Source: Telmatocola sphagniphila (GTDB taxonomy: Bacteria; Planctomycetota; Planctomycetia; Gemmatales; Gemmataceae). From it: a stretch of 32,000 nt of DNA. The stretch spans positions 630,001 to 662,000 of the forward strand of contig NZ_CP074694.1 of the NCBI RefSeq assembly GCF_018398935.1, in the 5' to 3' direction. The position numbers were made by a program, and so were the translations under genes. Under the pieces are notes generated by a model. It was not told the DNA's origin and did no database searches. It saw nothing but the letters and a program-made list of their open reading frames with translations. This document shows positions 15,484 through 24,393 of the stretch, one piece after another (positions within the stretch are counted from its first letter, which is position 1; every line of letters begins with the position of its first letter).

Positions 15484-17202
15484 TTATCGGTTCGGAATGC
15501 AGATTTTGAACTGGCTTCCCTGACCCACTTGACTGGCTAGTTCGAGAGTGCCGCCGAGGCGGGATACGTATTCTTTCACGATTGCAAGGCCTAGGCCGGC
15601 ATGGACGCCGGTATTGGTCCGGGATGGATCAACGCGATAGAACCGTTCGAAAATTTTATCTTTCAAATCGGGGGAAATTCCGATTCCGGTGTCCCGCACA
15701 TCGACTTCCAAGCCATTTTTGCCCCAGCTTTTGGCGCTGAGCTCAATTTCACCGCCGGGCTTATTGTACTCGATGGCGTTGTGGAGCAAGTTCATGACCA
15801 CTTCGCGAAGTTTGTCCGGGTCGGTTCGCAGCTTCAGATCGGAATCGAGTTTCAGCTGGAATTTCAGCCCCTGCGCTTCCGCCAGCGGCTTGCTAATCGC
15901 TCCGCAGACGCCCAGAAGCTTGCTGGCATCGACCTCTTCGGTCTTCACATGATCGGCCCCGGCATCCAGGTACGCCAGTGCCATGATGCGTTCGACCAAT
16001 CCTCCCATCTCCTTGCCGATCATCCGGCAATCCTGCAGGACTTCCTGATACTCAGAGACCGAACGCGGCTTTTTCAGGGCGACATCCAAAGTGGCGTTGA
16101 GTGAGGCAATCGGAGTTCGCAATTCGTGCGAGATATCCGCGGTCGCCTGCTTTTCGCGCTCGAACGCCCGGCGAAGCAGATCGAGAGTCGTCCGTAACTT
16201 TTCCACCGTGGGATAGACTTCTAACGGCATCGATTCCGATTTCAAAGGAAGATTGAAATCCTTCTCCGAAACCTGGCTTACGGCTTCCGACAGCCGGCGA
16301 AGCGGTTTCAGACCTTGGGTGATGATCAATCCCACGCCGAGTGTGGCTGCCAGCAGAGTTAATAAGCCTATTCCTATCAGGCTCAGCTTCAATCGAGAGA
16401 GGGTAGCTTCTCCCTCCGCCTTGAAGGTGTCGGCTTCGTCTTCCGTGTTCCTGAGGAGTCGTTGAATTGTGGGATGATTGTCTTCATCCCAGCCGACCTG
16501 AATGGTAACCATCGGGGTAGTTCGTTTAACGACACCCGCGTTCGATCGCGGACCGGAAGGGGGTTGGGGAGGGGTCTGCGAACGACTCGGGGTCGGGGAA
16601 GGTGGCAGAATGGCATACCAGGCTGCCGTTCCACCGATTATGCTACTCGAAAAGCGGTTGATGAGAAATTGCGCTCGGGCATCCACCGAAATGTAGTGGT
16701 CGATGGGCACCTGCAAAGTCACCATGCGGATATTGCGTTCTCCCAGTTTCGCTTCGCTGTAATAGTGTTCGTAGGGGGCTAGTAATATGGAGGGGGAGGG
16801 CAGGCTGGTCTGAGCTTGCTCCAGACTTTTGGAAATCCAGGTCGTCAGATCGCGTGATTCGGATTTCAATTGAAGGAATTCGTTCTGGCTTTCTTCGAGC
16901 GAACGGCTTAACTGATCTTCTTTGAAACTGACTTTGTTCGGCACCGGACTGATAGTGTCCGGCATGGGGCCGGCCCGGAAAGTCACTTTGAGTTCGGCGA
17001 GGGTGGCGAAACTGCGAGCTTCGGCCAGAATGGCTTCGTCCCGCTTGTCTTCGAATTGCAACTTCAGCAAATTTCGAATAGCGGAGTTTTTTTCTTCCAG
17101 AGCATTTTTACTCATCCGATAGACCAGAAAACAAACCACACCCAGCGTGCAGATGAGCATCAAAACGATGCCCACAACTGTTCTCTGTCGGATCGAGCTC
17201 AT
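15484..17202 (-). CDS. Sensor histidine kinase (two TM helices, HAMP, HisKA, HATPase_c)
   Basis: 572 aa. TM1 is VVGIVLMLICTLGVVCFLVY, followed by a ~250-aa periplasmic region and TM2 LSLIGIGLLTLLAATLGVGLII. The H-box is ADISHELRTPIASL, the N-box is NLLHNAIEYN, G1 is DTGIGI and G2 is GLGLAIV. The ATG overlaps the response-regulator stop (ATGA). Confidence 0.92.
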   Translation of the reverse strand: MSSIRQRTVVGIVLMLICTLGVVCFLVYRMSKNALEEKNSAIRNLLKLQFEDKRDEAILAEARSFATLAELKVTFRAGPMPDTISPVPNKVSFKEDQLSRSLEESQNEFLQLKSESRDLTTWISKSLEQAQTSLPSPSILLAPYEHYYSEAKLGERNIRMVTLQVPIDHYISVDARAQFLINRFSSSIIGGTAAWYAILPPSPTPSRSQTPPQPPSGPRSNAGVVKRTTPMVTIQVGWDEDNHPTIQRLLRNTEDEADTFKAEGEATLSRLKLSLIGIGLLTLLAATLGVGLIITQGLKPLRRLSEAVSQVSEKDFNLPLKSESMPLEVYPTVEKLRTTLDLLRRAFEREKQATADISHELRTPIASLNATLDVALKKPRSVSEYQEVLQDCRMIGKEMGGLVERIMALAYLDAGADHVKTEEVDASKLLGVCGAISKPLAEAQGLKFQLKLDSDLKLRTDPDKLREVVMNLLHNAIEYNKPGGEIELSAKSWGKNGLEVDVRDTGIGISPDLKDKIFERFYRVDPSRTNTGVHAGLGLAIVKEYVSRLGGTLELASQVGQGSQFKICIPNR

Positions 17203-17933
17203 TTTAATTCCACAGACGGGCTAGTCGTTTCGGCCGGGGTGGCGCTGGCAGGGGCCGTCATCTCTTCCGAGCGGAGCATATAGCCTTCGCCCCAGCGAGT
17301 CAGGATCAAAGGTGGATCGAAGCCCTTGTCGATCTTGTTCCGCAAATACCGAATATAAACGTCGACGACGTTGGAGGTATTCTCATCGTACTCGTCGTAA
17401 ATATGTTCCCAGATCATGGTTCGGGTAACAACTTTACCCCGATTGTACGCCAGGAATTCGAGAAGTGAATATTCGCGTGGTGTCAAATGTATCATCTGTC
17501 CGGCGCGTTTTACCACGCGGGCGGATGTGTCGATGGTCATATCACAGATGCGGAGAACCGGATCTTTAATGTGATGGCCACGACGAATCAGAGCCCGCAA
17601 GCGAGCCAGTAATTCTTCGAGTTCGAAAGGCTTGGTGAGGTAATCGTCTGCCCCGTGATCCAAGCCGGTGATTTTGTCCTGCAGGGTATCGCGGGCCGTC
17701 AGCATCAGGACGTGAGTCTGGATACCTGCCTTACGCCATTCTTTAATTAAGGCGAGCCCATCGATTTTGGGAAGCATTAGATCGAGAATGATGACGTCGT
17801 AATTCGTGGCCCGCGCCTTGAAGTTGCCATCTTCCCCATCGTAAGCGACATCGACAGCAAATCCTTCTTCTTCCAGTCCTTGGCGAAGGGCTTTAACGAG
17901 ATGCTTGTGATCTTCGATCAGGAGCAATCGCAC
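17199..17933 (-). CDS. OmpR/PhoB-family response regulator
   Basis: 244 aa. The GTG start has GGGAGA 6 nt upstream. The receiver domain shows DVIILDLMLPKIDG, LTARD and YLTKPF. The winged-helix output shows LTPREYSLLEFL and IRYLRNKID. There is a short Thr/Ala/Pro-rich C-terminal tail. Confidence 0.93.
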   Translation of the reverse strand: MRLLLIEDHKHLVKALRQGLEEEGFAVDVAYDGEDGNFKARATNYDVIILDLMLPKIDGLALIKEWRKAGIQTHVLMLTARDTLQDKITGLDHGADDYLTKPFELEELLARLRALIRRGHHIKDPVLRICDMTIDTSARVVKRAGQMIHLTPREYSLLEFLAYNRGKVVTRTMIWEHIYDEYDENTSNVVDVYIRYLRNKIDKGFDPPLILTRWGEGYMLRSEEMTAPASATPAETTSPSVELK

Positions 17934-18080
17934 TGTCAGTCTCCCGGATAGTATTTACAAAATTGATTCTAATCGACTTCCAATGAAAGCCCTATGAGAA
18001 CGAAAACCCCATAGAAGGCGAGAAGTATCGACCTACAATAACACCGTTGTCGGACCGTAACCTAACATGAGATTATTCCC

Positions 18081-19256
18081 ATGAAGCGGAATTTGTCCTT
18101 GATCAAGGAAGTACCCAAAACCCCAGGAAAACCGCGTCATAAAACTCGGGAAGTGCAAATTGGTGAAAAATGCATCGGCGGGGGTAATCCTATCCTTGTT
18201 CAGTCGATGACCACCACCGATACCTTCGACGTTGAGGCGACTGTAAAACAGATTCATGCTTTGGAAGAAGCGGGCTGCGAAATGGTTCGGGTGACCGTGC
18301 CCAAACCCGAGGATGCCGGGGCTTTAGGCCGGATTCGCGAGCAAATCGGCATTCCGCTGATCTGCGATATCCATTTCGATTACAAGATGGCCTTGCAGGC
18401 TCTGGATCACCCAGTTGATAAAATCCGCATTAACCCGGGCAACATCGGGGGCTATGATCGTTTTCGACAAGTCGTTCGCCGGGCCAAGGAACGCGGTATC
18501 CCGATGCGAATCGGCGTGAACGCGGGAAGTCTGGAGCGGGAACTGGTCGAGAAATACGAATTTCCTTGCCCTCCGGCGATGGTCGAAAGTGCCATACGTT
18601 ACATCGAGATGGCCGAAGAGGAAGGCTATCACCAGATGGTGGTATCCCTAAAATCGAGCGACGTCCTGACCGTGGTGGAAGCCTACCGACTTTATGCTCA
18701 GCTCTGCGATTATCCCACTCATATTGGCGTCACCGAAGCGGGCAAACCTCCCTATGCCGTCACCAAATCCGCCGCCGGGCTGTCTCCGATTCTGCTCGAT
18801 GGCATCGGAGATACGATTCGAATCAGTCTCCTCGGGGATCCGGTACCGGAGATTGGCGCTGCATTCGATATTCTTCAAGCCACGCAGCGGAGGGTACGTA
18901 AGCCGGAGTTAATCGCCTGTCCCACTTGCGGCCGCCTGGCGATTGATTTGGAAAAAATCATTGCTGAGCTCGAAAAGAGACTCGAAGGGAAGCGAACGCC
19001 GGTCAAAATCAGCGTGCTGGGCTGCGTGGTCAACGGGCCGGGCGAAGCTCGGGAGGCCGATATTGGAATCGCGGCCGGGAACGGCAAAGGCGTGATCTTC
19101 CGCAATGGCGAGATCGTTCGCCACGTTCTCGAAGCCGAGATGGTGGATGCGTTGCTCGAAGAGATCCAGTTATGGGAAACGAACAACAAAGATAAAATGC
19201 CGGCCGAGGTTCCGAAAACCGTCGGCGGACGACGCAAGCTTCCCCTCGTGGTTTGA
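18081..19256 (+). CDS. ispG: 4-hydroxy-3-methylbut-2-en-1-yl diphosphate synthase (MEP pathway)
   Basis: 391 aa. Motifs are GGGNPILVQSMTTTDT, MVRVTVP, IPLICDIHFDY and KIRINPGNIG, with the Fe-S cysteines in CPTCGR and GCVVNGPGEA. Confidence 0.93.
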   Translation: MKRNLSLIKEVPKTPGKPRHKTREVQIGEKCIGGGNPILVQSMTTTDTFDVEATVKQIHALEEAGCEMVRVTVPKPEDAGALGRIREQIGIPLICDIHFDYKMALQALDHPVDKIRINPGNIGGYDRFRQVVRRAKERGIPMRIGVNAGSLERELVEKYEFPCPPAMVESAIRYIEMAEEEGYHQMVVSLKSSDVLTVVEAYRLYAQLCDYPTHIGVTEAGKPPYAVTKSAAGLSPILLDGIGDTIRISLLGDPVPEIGAAFDILQATQRRVRKPELIACPTCGRLAIDLEKIIAELEKRLEGKRTPVKISVLGCVVNGPGEAREADIGIAAGNGKGVIFRNGEIVRHVLEAEMVDALLEEIQLWETNNKDKMPAEVPKTVGGRRKLPLVV

Positions 19257-19295
19257 AAGTAATTCGCCCACTTTTTCGACTTTATCATTTTCAAG

Positions 19296-19329
19296 GCGCG
19301 AGAGTTTCTTTCCTGCTTGCTCTCGGCGC
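19296..19329 (+). terminator. Possible imperfect hairpin after ispG
   Basis: GCGC-GAGAG (19296-19304) pairs with CTCTC-G-GCGC (19320-19329) with a one-nt bulge and a 15-nt loop, followed by TGCGCTTTGCG. This is a weak call. Confidence 0.25.
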
Positions 19330-19394
19330 TGCGCTTTGCGACAATAAATATTAAGAACCTATCAGATCGACTCGGGCACCAGGGATTCTAGTCC

Positions 19395-21254
19395 ATGCCG
19401 ATTGTTTTTGCATGTCCGTTCTGCGGTGAAGGATACAAACTTAAGGACGAATACGCGGGCAAGAAAGCCACTTGCCGCCGCCAGAGTTGTCGTAAAGTTT
19501 TTACGGTTCCCAGCAGTTCGCAACCGGTCGGTACAGCTGCTAGTTCCGCAGGGTCTCAAGCTCCCGTGGATGCAGAGGCTCTGGCCTTGTCCGCCCTCGC
19601 CGACGAGCCCGAAGTTCAACGCGCCATGTCGGTAATTTCGATGATTTGCAAAAACTGCGATCATCACTGGGATGTGGAAGTCAACAAACAAGGCAAAAAC
19701 GTCCCTTGTCCCGAATGCCGCACGATCAACAAGGTGCCCATCCCCAAAGAAGCCGCGAAGCAAGACTGGCGAGTAGGTAATCAGGGACTTCCCTCCGGTG
19801 CCAAGCAGAATTTTGAAAAGTTGGAAGGTGTGGCCGCGGCAGGTCTGGGCGGTTATGTCTCCGGTACCTCGATCGTGGCGGCCGGTGCGGCACCCAAGAT
19901 CGAATACGAACCACTCACGCTCAAACAGAAAGCCTTTCGCGTAAGTCTGGTAGTTGTGCCACTCCTTTTGGTGGCAGGGGCCGTGTTTTTCTTCTTCCGC
20001 ACCAAAGCCGCGACCAATACTGAGAAGTTGTTGAAAGATTCTCTGGCCGAGGTCACGGGGGAAGGGGGCTCGACCCTTCCCGAATACCATGCCGCAGTGC
20101 TTATGGCCACGGGCGAATACCGAGTTCGAGCCGCCAGTACGGAAAGCACCCTGGAATCCGGTTTCCAGACTTTGCAGGCGGCTCGAAAGAAACTTTCGGA
20201 AATGGAGAGGCAGCCGATCGATCGAGGCATGCTGATGATCGACCTGTCGAAAATTTTTACGGCTCTCGCAGGTGAGAAAAGCCAGATTGAAGCGAATACT
20301 CGTAAAAGTTGGGAGCAGATGCAGAAGGAAGTCCGTCAGACTCTAGATGAAGCGGCGGGGCTGACTAAAGAATTTCGAATCTACATGATCCATGCATTGG
20401 CTCCGTTATGGATCAATGCCGGTAAGGGAACCAATTTTGCCAAGATCGTGAAGGAAGCTTCGCCGCCGGAAGAATCTCATGATCTAATGGCCTACGTCGG
20501 CCTGGAAGCGATCTACCTGAAAAAACCGGATGCCGCTTCGGATATTCTGGGTATGGTCGATGTCAGCCGGGCTAGCCCTTTTGCCACCGCGCTCATCAAA
20601 CTCACCGATCAACCGGCCGATTCCGGTTTTAATCTGGTCCCCGCCCCTCCGGCTTCTCCCAATCCGATCAGTCGGGATGACAGCCGACTGGCCTATTCGA
20701 TTGAAGCCATCTTGCGCGGTCGCGGCGATGTGGCCAAGAGTATCGCGACTCGAGCCGGTGGTACACCTGAAGCCATTTTCCGAACCACTTTACTGGTTTC
20801 CTGCTTCTCGGAAGGTCCCGATTCCGTGGCTATGATCGAGACGGCCAATCGCTACTATCAGTCTCAGTTAAGAGCTTCGCCCCTCTCTCCCTGGCTGATT
20901 TTTCTCCTGATCGATCAATCGCAGACGCTCGGCAAAGAAGATCTCGCTCAACAGGTCATTAAATCCCTCTCGGACGAAACGGTCACCGGCTGGGCCAAGT
21001 TCATTTTCGTGCGAAATAAAATGAACCTCGAGCCGAGTGCGAAAATCGACGAAACTCAGGCCGATGATATCGCCAAGCCTGACTTGGCTAAGATTGCGGC
21101 CAGCTATGCACGCTATTGGATCGTCCGGCGAAACACGAAAAAAGGCGATAATTCCTATTTCAAGTCCGCCGATAACTGGGCAAAAATTACCGCACGTCCC
21201 TTCGGATTACTCGGTGCCGTTTTGGGCGCTCAGGATAAAACAATAAAGAATTAG
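19395..21254 (+). CDS. Double zinc-ribbon, single-pass membrane protein with large helical C-terminal domain (function unknown)
   Basis: 619 aa. The two CxxC...CxxC-type ribbons are CPFCGEGYKL...CRRQSCRKVF and CKNCDHHW...CPECRTINKV. One TM helix follows (FRVSLVVVPLLLVAGAVFFFF), then ~420 aa that read as all-alpha. I recognise no family. Confidence 0.7.
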   Translation: MPIVFACPFCGEGYKLKDEYAGKKATCRRQSCRKVFTVPSSSQPVGTAASSAGSQAPVDAEALALSALADEPEVQRAMSVISMICKNCDHHWDVEVNKQGKNVPCPECRTINKVPIPKEAAKQDWRVGNQGLPSGAKQNFEKLEGVAAAGLGGYVSGTSIVAAGAAPKIEYEPLTLKQKAFRVSLVVVPLLLVAGAVFFFFRTKAATNTEKLLKDSLAEVTGEGGSTLPEYHAAVLMATGEYRVRAASTESTLESGFQTLQAARKKLSEMERQPIDRGMLMIDLSKIFTALAGEKSQIEANTRKSWEQMQKEVRQTLDEAAGLTKEFRIYMIHALAPLWINAGKGTNFAKIVKEASPPEESHDLMAYVGLEAIYLKKPDAASDILGMVDVSRASPFATALIKLTDQPADSGFNLVPAPPASPNPISRDDSRLAYSIEAILRGRGDVAKSIATRAGGTPEAIFRTTLLVSCFSEGPDSVAMIETANRYYQSQLRASPLSPWLIFLLIDQSQTLGKEDLAQQVIKSLSDETVTGWAKFIFVRNKMNLEPSAKIDETQADDIAKPDLAKIAASYARYWIVRRNTKKGDNSYFKSADNWAKITARPFGLLGAVLGAQDKTIKN

Positions 21255-21314
21255 CCAACCTCGGTTCATCACTCCCCTTTTGAACCTCACTATCCAAACG
21301 GGAGACCGTCCCTC

Positions 21315-22727
21315 GTGACACCCAAAGAAATCCTCGCTTTGATCCGGGAAAAAGAGGTCAAAGCAGTCGATTTTCGCTTCATGGATTTTCCAGGTTTATG
21401 GCAGCATTTCACCATCCCCGCGGAGATTCTCGAAGAGGCGACGTTCGAAGAGGGGATCGGCTTCGACGGTTCGAGCTTGCGCGGCTGGCAATCGATCAAC
21501 GAAGCCGACATGCTGGTGGTACCGGTTCCGAACACGGCCTTTATCGATCCTTTCTGTCGAGAAACGACACTCACCCTGATCTGCAATATACAGGATCCTC
21601 TTACAAAAGAGGACTACTCGCGCGATCCCCGCAATGTCGCCCGCAAAGCTTATAACTACATGCGGGCCGGGGGCATTTGCGATAAGGCGTATTTCGGACC
21701 CGAAGTCCAGTTCTTTGTTTTCGACGATATTCGCTTCGATCAGAATACGCACTCCGGTTACTACCAGATTGACAGTGTGGAAGGCGCCTGGAACACCGGG
21801 CGAGACGAGCGTCCTAATCTCGGACATAAACTGCGCTACAAGGAAGGATATTCGCCCTGTCCCCCTTCGGACGCCATGCACGATCTCCGCTCGGAGATGA
21901 TGCTCATGATGATGCAGTGCGGGCTGACCGTCGAAGCCCATCGCCACGAAGCGGCTACGGCTGGTCAGGGCGAAGTGGGTATTCGTTACGATGAGCTGGT
22001 GAAGACCGCCGATAATGTCTTGAAGTATAAATATGTTGTGAAAAATGTGGCCCGCCGCAATCAGAAGACGGCCACCTTCATGCCCAAGCCGCTCTACCAG
22101 GAATATGGCAGCGGCATGAATGTGCATCTTTCGCTCTGGAAAAACGGCACGAATCTTTTTGCGGGTTCCCGCTATGCCGGCCTTTCGGAGATGGCGGAGT
22201 ATGCAATCGGCGGCTTGTTAAAGCACGCTCCGGCACTTTGTGCTTTCACGAATCCGACGACCAACAGTTACAAACGACTGGTCCCCGGTTTCGAGGCTCC
22301 CATCAGTCTGGCATACTCCCAACGGAATCGCTCCGCCGCGATCCGAATTCCGGTCTACTCACCGGTGCCCAAGAACCGGCGGATCGAGTATCGACTCCCG
22401 GATGCCGCCGGGAATCCCTACCTGGTTTTTGCAGCAATGTTGATGGCCGTGCTGGATGGGATCAAGAATAAGATTGCACCCGGGGAACCCCTGGATAAGG
22501 ATATTTACGATCTCGGGGCCGAGGAACTTTCCAAGGTGCCACCGACGCCCGGGTCGCTCGAGGAATCGCTGTCCGCACTCAAGGCCGATCATGAATTTCT
22601 ACTGCAGGGCGGCGTCTTCACGGAAGATGTCATCGAAACCTGGATCAAGTACAAGCACCAGGTAGAGGTCGAAGCCATTCGCACGCGACCCCACCCTTAC
22701 GAATTTGCTTTGTACTACGATATGTGA
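21315..22727 (+). CDS. glnA: Glutamine synthetase, type I
   Basis: 470 aa. The GTG start has GGGAGA upstream. The N-terminal beta-grasp shows [17 protein letters not shown]. Catalytic blocks are [34 protein letters not shown] and SAAIRIP. The adenylylation-loop Tyr context is present (DKDIYDL). Confidence 0.95.
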   Translation: MTPKEILALIREKEVKAVDFRFMDFPGLWQHFTIPAEILEEATFEEGIGFDGSSLRGWQSINEADMLVVPVPNTAFIDPFCRETTLTLICNIQDPLTKEDYSRDPRNVARKAYNYMRAGGICDKAYFGPEVQFFVFDDIRFDQNTHSGYYQIDSVEGAWNTGRDERPNLGHKLRYKEGYSPCPPSDAMHDLRSEMMLMMMQCGLTVEAHRHEAATAGQGEVGIRYDELVKTADNVLKYKYVVKNVARRNQKTATFMPKPLYQEYGSGMNVHLSLWKNGTNLFAGSRYAGLSEMAEYAIGGLLKHAPALCAFTNPTTNSYKRLVPGFEAPISLAYSQRNRSAAIRIPVYSPVPKNRRIEYRLPDAAGNPYLVFAAMLMAVLDGIKNKIAPGEPLDKDIYDLGAEELSKVPPTPGSLEESLSALKADHEFLLQGGVFTEDVIETWIKYKHQVEVEAIRTRPHPYEFALYYDM

Positions 22728-22945
22728 GAATTGCACTGATTTGATGTCTGGACGGAGGTCGAAAAAAGCCTTTCGCAGTCCGTGAAAGTAAGACGAAATA
22801 TTATCGAAATCACATTATTATGGTTATTTCATAATCTTTTGACGTCAAATTGGGCAATTTATCCCATCTTTGAGTCTATGGGCAGGCTTTGAAAGCAGTT
22901 CGTACCTCTTGTTTTGGTTGAATATGAAATGCCGGTTATCCGATT

Positions 22946-22977
22946 ATTGATTCATAAAATTTTGTTTATGAATCAAT
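22946..22977. promoter_or_regulatory. Perfect 13-bp inverted repeat ATTGATTCATAAA-N6-TTTATGAATCAAT, 21 nt upstream of the porin-1 start
   Basis: The left arm is 22946-22958, the spacer ATTTTG is 22959-22964, and the right arm is 22965-22977. Every position was checked by hand. It lies in the AT-rich glnA/porin intergenic region. It could be a DNA operator or a 5'-UTR hairpin. Confidence 0.55.
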
Positions 22978-22998
22978 CAGATCGGGACCGGTGATTAA

Positions 22999-24315
22999 AT
23001 GTGGAAGTGCTTGCTGCTTACGAGTTGTCTGATTTCAACCGGGCCCTCTGATCCGGTGGAGTCTCCGGGAGCCACAATCGCCGTAAAAACAGCTACCCCT
23101 CCTGATTCCGGAAGGGATTTGGCAGTTCCGCAAACTATTCCAGGGCAGACTGTTCTGCCGGAAATTCCCAACGATAGTCGTTCTAGGATTGTCCCAATCG
23201 AGGAAGCTCCAAAAGCGTTACCGGAGTCTGGAGCTCTCATGAAGCTCCTTTCAGGCACGGCCATTGGTTCGACTCTGGAACAAAGCAAAATCAGCATCTC
23301 GGGTTGGACAGAAGGGGCTTATACAGCGAGCTCAGCTCGCGGGGGGTCGCTGCCCATCGGCTTCAATTATAAGCCGAACCAGTTTCTGCTACAGCAGAAC
23401 TGGTTGCGAGTTGAGCGAAGTATCGATACGGAGTCGAGCGAACCGAGCTGGGGTTTCCGATTCGATACGATTCTACCGGGTAGCGACTATCGTTTTACGC
23501 TGGCCCGCGGATTGATGACCTCTCAGCTCACGGACAATCGTGGTGACCCCAATCTCTACGGTATCGATCCGATTCAGTTTTACGGCGAATTTTATCTGCC
23601 CGGAATTGCCAAAGGCCTCGACATCAAGGTCGGTAGGTTCTTCGCTCAATTTGGCGTGGAAAGTATTGACGCGACTCAGAATCCGCTATTTTCGGGTAGC
23701 TATAACTTTTTCTACAACCCGTTCACACACACCGGTGTCCTGACCACATTGAATCTGGATGATACCTGGAGCGTGCAGAACGGTCTGGTCACCGGGAGCG
23801 ATATTTTCATCGATTCCGGCTCTAATCCGACCTACATCGGGAGCGTGAAGTGGGCTCCGCCGAAGGGGAACGATAGCGTGCTGTTCGCTGTCGTGATTGG
23901 AAGTCATCGCTACGATGCTTCGCACAATTTGAACAACCCGGATGTATTCGACCTGGTCTACACGCATACATTTAACGACGATCTTTCTTACACCCTCGAT
24001 GCCTGTTACAGCTTTCAGACGAACCTCCCTGACAGTGGTTTCGTCAACAACTTCGGTGTAGCGCAGTATTTGACTTATCAAATCTGTCCGCAACTGAGTG
24101 TGACTGGCCGATTGGAATTCTTCGACGATTGTCAGGGGCAAAAGACCGGATTCAAAGGGCTATACACCGCGTTGACGACGGGGGTAACCTATAAGCCGGA
24201 ATCCTGGCTTTGGATCCGACCTGAAGTACGCTACGACTACAACGACGAATCGCGGCCGTTCGCCAACAAATCTTCTCTTTTTACGGCTTCGTGCGATGTG
24301 ATTTTCCGGTGGTGA
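22999..24315 (+). CDS. Outer-membrane beta-barrel porin-like protein (paralogue 1)
   Basis: 438 aa. It has a short hydrophobic N-terminus and ~100 aa of Pro-rich linker. The rest is aromatic/Gly-rich with an alternating pattern (GWTEGAYTAS, FRFDTILPGSDYRF, LYGIDPIQFYGEFYLP, FTHTGVLTT) and ends in aromatic residues (VIFRW). An in-frame TAA immediately precedes the ATG, so the start is fixed. The family may be OmpL/BBP2-like, unverified. Confidence 0.7.
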   Translation: MWKCLLLTSCLISTGPSDPVESPGATIAVKTATPPDSGRDLAVPQTIPGQTVLPEIPNDSRSRIVPIEEAPKALPESGALMKLLSGTAIGSTLEQSKISISGWTEGAYTASSARGGSLPIGFNYKPNQFLLQQNWLRVERSIDTESSEPSWGFRFDTILPGSDYRFTLARGLMTSQLTDNRGDPNLYGIDPIQFYGEFYLPGIAKGLDIKVGRFFAQFGVESIDATQNPLFSGSYNFFYNPFTHTGVLTTLNLDDTWSVQNGLVTGSDIFIDSGSNPTYIGSVKWAPPKGNDSVLFAVVIGSHRYDASHNLNNPDVFDLVYTHTFNDDLSYTLDACYSFQTNLPDSGFVNNFGVAQYLTYQICPQLSVTGRLEFFDDCQGQKTGFKGLYTALTTGVTYKPESWLWIRPEVRYDYNDESRPFANKSSLFTASCDVIFRW

Positions 24316-24327
24316 ATTGCGATTTTC

Positions 24328-24358
24328 GACGCGCCCCATAGATTTGATGGGGCGCGTC
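24328..24358. terminator. Strong hairpin between the convergent porin genes (candidate bidirectional terminator)
   Basis: GACGCGCCCCAT (24328-24339) pairs perfectly with ATGGGGCGCGTC (24347-24358) around the 7-nt loop AGATTTG. It is centred in the 78-nt gap between stops at 24315 (+) and 24394 (-). A TTTT run lies immediately 5' on the + strand. There is no strong U-tract 3' on either strand. Confidence 0.65.
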
Positions 24359-24393
24359 TCCCGGTTCAGCTAATTCCGCACTCGAGCTCTCAA

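Noticed and set aside
19362-20090. 242-aa ORF on the minus strand
   Set aside because: It is antisense to the zinc-ribbon membrane protein gene. The sense frame has coherent CxxC pairs and a TM helix. The antisense frame is Gly/Arg/Phe-rich with no features.
21396-22127. 243-aa ORF on the minus strand
   Set aside because: It is antisense to glnA (GS type I), which is unambiguous.
22999-23043. Lipoprotein signal (LTSC lipobox-like) at the N-terminus of porin-1
   Set aside because: L-T-S-C fits the lipobox pattern, but only 9 residues precede the Cys and the hydrophobic core is ~5 residues. That is too short to be a convincing Sec/SPII signal. It is left as an unspecified N-terminal signal.
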